From: Lama guanicoe
Taxonomy: Eukaryota
Direction: 5' to 3'
Length of the DNA: 64,000 nt
Assembly (NCBI GenBank): GCA_013239625.1
Contig: MU054391.1
Location: 124,001 to 188,000 of the forward strand
Positions 59,201 through 64,000 of this stretch are shown here, one piece after another (the stretch's first letter is position 1; each line of letters begins with the position of its first letter). The notes under the pieces are model-generated. The model was not told where the DNA came from and searched no databases. It saw nothing but the letters and a program-made list of their open reading frames with translations. Made by a program: the position numbers and the translations under genes.

Positions 59201-61719
59201 TTGTTAGTCTGTACACATGTTCACACCTGTGTTATGTCACTTATACTGAGCTTTGTTTGATGAGCCCAGGTCAAGACCCAAAGCTGCAGTTACCTGGAAA
59301 ATGTTGGGTACACTTTTGCCAGTCAGAGGCTTTACATAAGTGGACATTGACCATATTAAGATAAATGTACAAAAAGTCTATTTCTGTTTCTGGACACTTC
59401 CATTCCATAATAAATTATTTAACATACCTAGTCAGCAAGTTTGTAATGCTGCCATGAATTCATAGCAAATTTATTTAGGTTTTAAAGATAAGAATAGTCA
59501 AACATTTGTTATTGTTATCTGACCTCACACAGAGAACATATGAACATATGAAATCTGATTTAATTCAAGCTCAGTGTCACTTTTTTTCTTTTGATCAATA
59601 GTGATTTGTAATCAAATTTAGCTGTGGAATGTTTTCCTTTAGGTAAAGATTTCCTAAGCATTATTGTATGTCTAGGTGAGATGTATCAAAATCGTAACAT
59701 TTGTTGACTCTGGCTTTTTCTCTGTAGTACTGTCACTGACGTTTTGATGTAATTTCCATTATGGTGTTAGTTTTTCATTTGGATTACAAAAGTTAATGAT
59801 TTTGTACAGTTGTGCCTTCATTAATAATATATAGGATATGCAGAGTTTTTATCAAAAATTGTCTCATCCTTAAAATAGTTATGTTTTCCCAAGATATCCT
59901 TTATGAAATTGTGGCACATGTGGATGAACTGATATCCAATTTCCTAAATTCACATCTGTCTTCTCTCCTCACATACTTCTGAAGATATTAGAGGATTTAT
60001 ATTCTTATTTTACATTTTTAAAAAGTTACCTCTTCCAGAAAAAGATGAAAATCCAAGACAGTTTAAAATTCCCTTTTATTTTAGATAATTATTTATAAAA
60101 TTTGATTTATCATAGTATTCAACTTTTGCTGTTAAAACAACTTTGATAATTAAAGTTAAGTGTACGTACGTAAAGTCTATGTTCAGCCTTCTTTCTCAGG
60201 ACAATGTTGTGCTGTGTTGCCAGCAGCCGGTGGTGTGCTCTCTGGGGGTCAGGGCCCAACCACGCGCCTACCTCCGCAGCCCCAAGGGTGCCGGGCTCTT
60301 TCGGGTTGACTTCTGTGCTCCTTCTGGTCTTTCTTTTGGGGCTTTGTTTTCTTTCTTGTTTTTCTTCATTTCTCCTATTCTTTTCTCCCATCTCTATTTC
60401 CTTCTTCCATGTTTGCTGAATGAAAAATCATGCAGCCTTACGCAGTGATTTTATATCTAGAAAACCTAATTTAAAATATGCCTTTGTGCATTTCCTGAAG
60501 TCCTTGAACGTTAGCTGCTGGACTGAGCCCGGAAAGGAACCTGAAAACTCCACAGCACCCTGCAGGCAGTTTCAAGTGTTTGAAATACTTTCCTCTTCAC
60601 AATACTCTTCATATGGTATTTTGCAAAGAACAAAATAATAAAATTGAGAATGTAATAAATGCACTCTGATAATCCTGATTTATTACCAGCAGAAACCTTG
60701 AAGCTGCTTTCCATTTCCGGTCATTGCTAGGTTAAATCTCATTTGTGTGGACACCTGAGGCTGGGTGTCAGAAGACAGAAAAGCAAGAGGGTTCTCAGGG
60801 TGGAGCAGACCCTCTCCACAGAGCTCACTTCCAGCTATTTCCTAGCTTTTGCAGAAGTGAGTCAGGCCCAACACAGCGCCTGATGCAGGACGCCCCTCTG
60901 TGCTCTGAGACTTTGTCCTTCAGGGGCTCCTCAGAGCTGGGAGAATGCCCTCTTCTCAGCTGTTTTCTTAGGACAAGGAAGTCAGAAGCACGAGCAAACG
61001 CAGCCCTCGGATGTTAGGGGTCAGGCTGAAGTTCAGGGCTGCCTGGCAGACCTGGCCCCATCCCACCTCAGCACCACTCACTTTCTCCGAGGACTCAGGG
61101 TCAACACCGTTGTTGCTTTCTTCAGGTGCAATATCCAAAGTCGTAAAAAACCCACACCACCCACATGTCTTTTGAAACAGACTTGAATTCCTTCATGAAA
61201 AGACACTGTGCAAAATAGGGCTTGTATTTTTGGAAACGTGTCCAGATTCTGTCTCAACTATCTAAGTAGGAAAGAGCCTTTTTCCAAGCCTGGCTGAGGA
61301 AGAGAAATTATCTGATTAATCAAGAAAGTAATCATTTTTTCGAAGAGAAATGGATTGTTTTTGAATTCTGGCAGGACAGCGGAGGATGGAGTGAGGAAGA
61401 CGCGCAAGCAGAGACCTGCGGGTGCAGCTGCCAGCCAGCCTCCTCCCTGGTCAGTTTCCAAGGGTTCAGATGTATTAAAATACCGAGAACATAAGTCATA
61501 GTGCACATAATTTAATCTTGTTTGGTGATTCAGAGCAGTTCAGAGTCTTGCTTCAGGATTAGCATTATGAATATCCGATGACACTGCATGTTCTCTGCTC
61601 AAGAGAAATCTGGTGTATCAGCACTGGATGCATAATACAGCCCGGAAGACACTGCTTTATCTAAAATCCCGACAGCTGCTTGTTTTCTTAAAATTTAACC
61701 TGTAAGTGGTCAAAATACC

Positions 61720-61992
61720 AACTTCCAGTTATGAAATAAGTCAGTTCTGGAGACGTAGTACACAGCACGGGCACTGGAGTTAGTACCGCTGTGTGTATGT
61801 GTGAAAGCTGTGGGGAGAGTAGATCTTGACAGCCCTCATCACAGGAAAACATCTGTAAGTAGAGGAGGTGATGGATGTTAATCAGACAGACTCAGTGGTC
61901 ACTCTGCAACATACACAAATATCAGATTATTGTGTTGTACACCTAAAGCTAATATAATGGTATCTGTCAATCACAGCTCAATTGAAAAATAA
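61720..61992 (+). mobile_element. L1MA-like 3' UTR end
   Basis: gagagtagatctt...ggtgatggatgttaat...tgttgtacacctaaagctaatataat...tcaattgaaaaat. Confidence 0.7.
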
Positions 61993-62099
61993 TTTAAATA
62001 CTTTTAGGGATCTCTTTGCTTTCTATTCACATCATTCATATTGTTTATTGGAAAAAACAACATTCATTGTGTAAGAACAGTGTGTATTTCCTGAGTCTA

Positions 62100-63300
62100 T
62101 TTTTAGTGTGTTCTTTTTATGTATTTATCAGTTGCTGTATCATTGTAATACTTTTACAGTTATTACAACTTTTAAAGACACTTTAATATTATTTGTACAA
62201 GTATCACCTTATTGCACTTATATGTTTTAAAATTAGTTTTTCCTCTGTTTCTATAAATAAATTTCACTTGTTCTGTCAGATTATATGGGGAGAATGAATG
62301 TCTTTATAATATTTTGTTTTTATTCACACTCTAACTGTTCACTTACCCAGATCTTTTTAGAGTCTTCCCGGTGGGAGGTGACAGATCGTGTGCACAGGTC
62401 CTCACATTTGAAGGTGTGCGTTCCTATGTGTTTTGTACTTTTTGTTGCTATTATAAAAGGAGTCTTTTTCATTATTTTTTCTAATGCCACTGCAGAGATT
62501 TCCCACATTTATTTGTGTCTGACCACCTTATTTCTTACTGAGTTCGCCAGGCGCCTTTGGACTTTGCCTGTTAACAGTCATGATCTACAAACAACACTGG
62601 TTTGGCCCCCATGTCCACACACTGTCTCTTATTTCTTCCTTTGGTTTTATTTCATTAGGGGGCCTGTCCAAGACAAGGGAATCAGGGGCAAGTGGTCAAT
62701 TAATGTCTTTGGATTTAGACAGACTCGGCTTCCTCATCGGTCCTGCATTCACTGCTGGGAGACTCTCCCCTGGGCCTCCATGCATCCTCATGAAACAACG
62801 CTGCCTCATGGGTTGATGTAAAGACTGGGGATAATCTTGTCATTTTCCTGGCCAGGGGACCAGCGCGTTGGAAGTGTGCATCTTTTTGTACTTGCTGTTT
62901 ATGTTGAAGGTGGTGGTGATGTGGGCACATGTGCTTGCACTTGACTTGCTCATTTTTAAGAATGAATTTCTTGTATCAGCCTGACATTGACATTTTTGAT
63001 GATGTTTTGTAATTAAGCCCAATTTTTATATAAAAGGAGATTTTTCCCATAAATAGATGTTGGATTTGATTATAAGATAGCTTTATTATCTATAAAAATG
63101 CTAGTTTTTCTTTCAGCAGTGATGTGATGAATTATGATAATGCATGTGTTAACATTAAACCATGCTTGCAGTTTTGATGTGAATGTTACTTGGTCAGAAT
63201 GTACGGTTATGTTAAAACGCCTATTATTAAATGTGTAAATGCGTTATATACAGGGCTTATGTCTCTAAACTGGAAAATATCCCCGATAGCTGTGCTCTCA
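62100..63300 (-). mobile_element. Old degraded L1 (antisense) fragments
   Basis: T-rich L1 ORF2-like phrases (tttgttgctattataaaagg; ttttaagaatgaat...tgttggattt; taaaccatgcttgca). Confidence 0.55.
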
Positions 63301-63671
63301 ATGTTGTGATTTTGTTTTATTTTATTGAACACTCTCATAAAATGATTGTTTTATTGCTTATTTTTAAAGAATTAGCATTTGAATTATATTGTTTATATTA
63401 TTTTCCTATATTCTAATTCCCTATTTTTATTTTTATTTTTTCTGACCATTATCCTTATTTTATTAATTGCATGCTTGCTCTGTTTCCAGTTTTAAATGTT
63501 GGTGATAAAACACTATTGACCAGCACTTTAGGTGCTATTTATTGACTGTATAATTTATTGGCCGGTCATTGTCATCAGAATCACTTGAGCCCGTGTTCCT
63601 CCAACTGTCAAATTAAATTTGTTGATTTCCCAGCACTCTGTCTTTCAAAGCAGGGATCATTCATTTTATGG

Positions 63672-63985
63672 TGTATTATTTTAGTCTACTCGGCCTGCCA
63701 TAAAAAACAGCACAGACCTGGTGCTGAAAAGCAGAAACGTAATTTCTCTCAGTGCTGGGGATGGAAGTTGCAGGCTGGCTTCTGGCGGTGCCTGTCTGCC
63801 TGGCTCGGGGACACGGCCACCCTTCCGTGAGCACCAGCATCTTGTGTTCTTCCCACGGGGGGGCCGGTCCTTGGGGCCCTTTGAACCACGATCACCTCCT
63901 GAGAGGCCCGGTCTGCACACACGGTCACGGCGGGTTACAGCTTCCGCCTGCGGACCTGGGGGGCACAGTTCCCGCCAGGACACGC
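63672..63985 (-). mobile_element. MaLR LTR remnant (MLT1A/B-like)
   Basis: ttagtctactcggcctgccataaaaaacagcacagac...aatttctctcagtgctgggg...tggggggcacagttc. Confidence 0.65.
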
Positions 63986-64000
63986 CTCACAGTCTGAGTC

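Overview
Mammalian genomic DNA, probably camelid or another cetartiodactyl (tentative, from a tRNA-derived SINE and the ACP1 N-terminus). The layout matches the SH3YL1-ACP1-ALKAL2 block. It holds the complete ACP1 gene (+ strand; low-molecular-weight protein tyrosine phosphatase; 158 aa from CDS pieces of 43+74+114+62+106+78 nt) with two mutually exclusive 114-nt third exons separated by only 47 nt. It also holds the complete coding region of ALKAL2/FAM150B (- strand; secreted ALK/LTK ligand; 152 aa from 259+54+81+65 nt), convergent with ACP1. A CpG-island promoter at the left end probably also drives SH3YL1. From about 27.5 kb to the end I see no recognisable gene, only old LINE/LTR/DNA-transposon/SINE remnants, microsatellites and a G-rich minisatellite with an assembly gap. 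I found no convincing wholly novel system. The best leads are splice-level: a tandem donor over the ALKAL2 stop that could add a 39-aa tail, and a frame-open read-through of the ACP1 micro-intron. There is also a young 137-bp local duplication in ACP1 intron 1. Repeat family names and comparisons with human are from recall, not from database searches.
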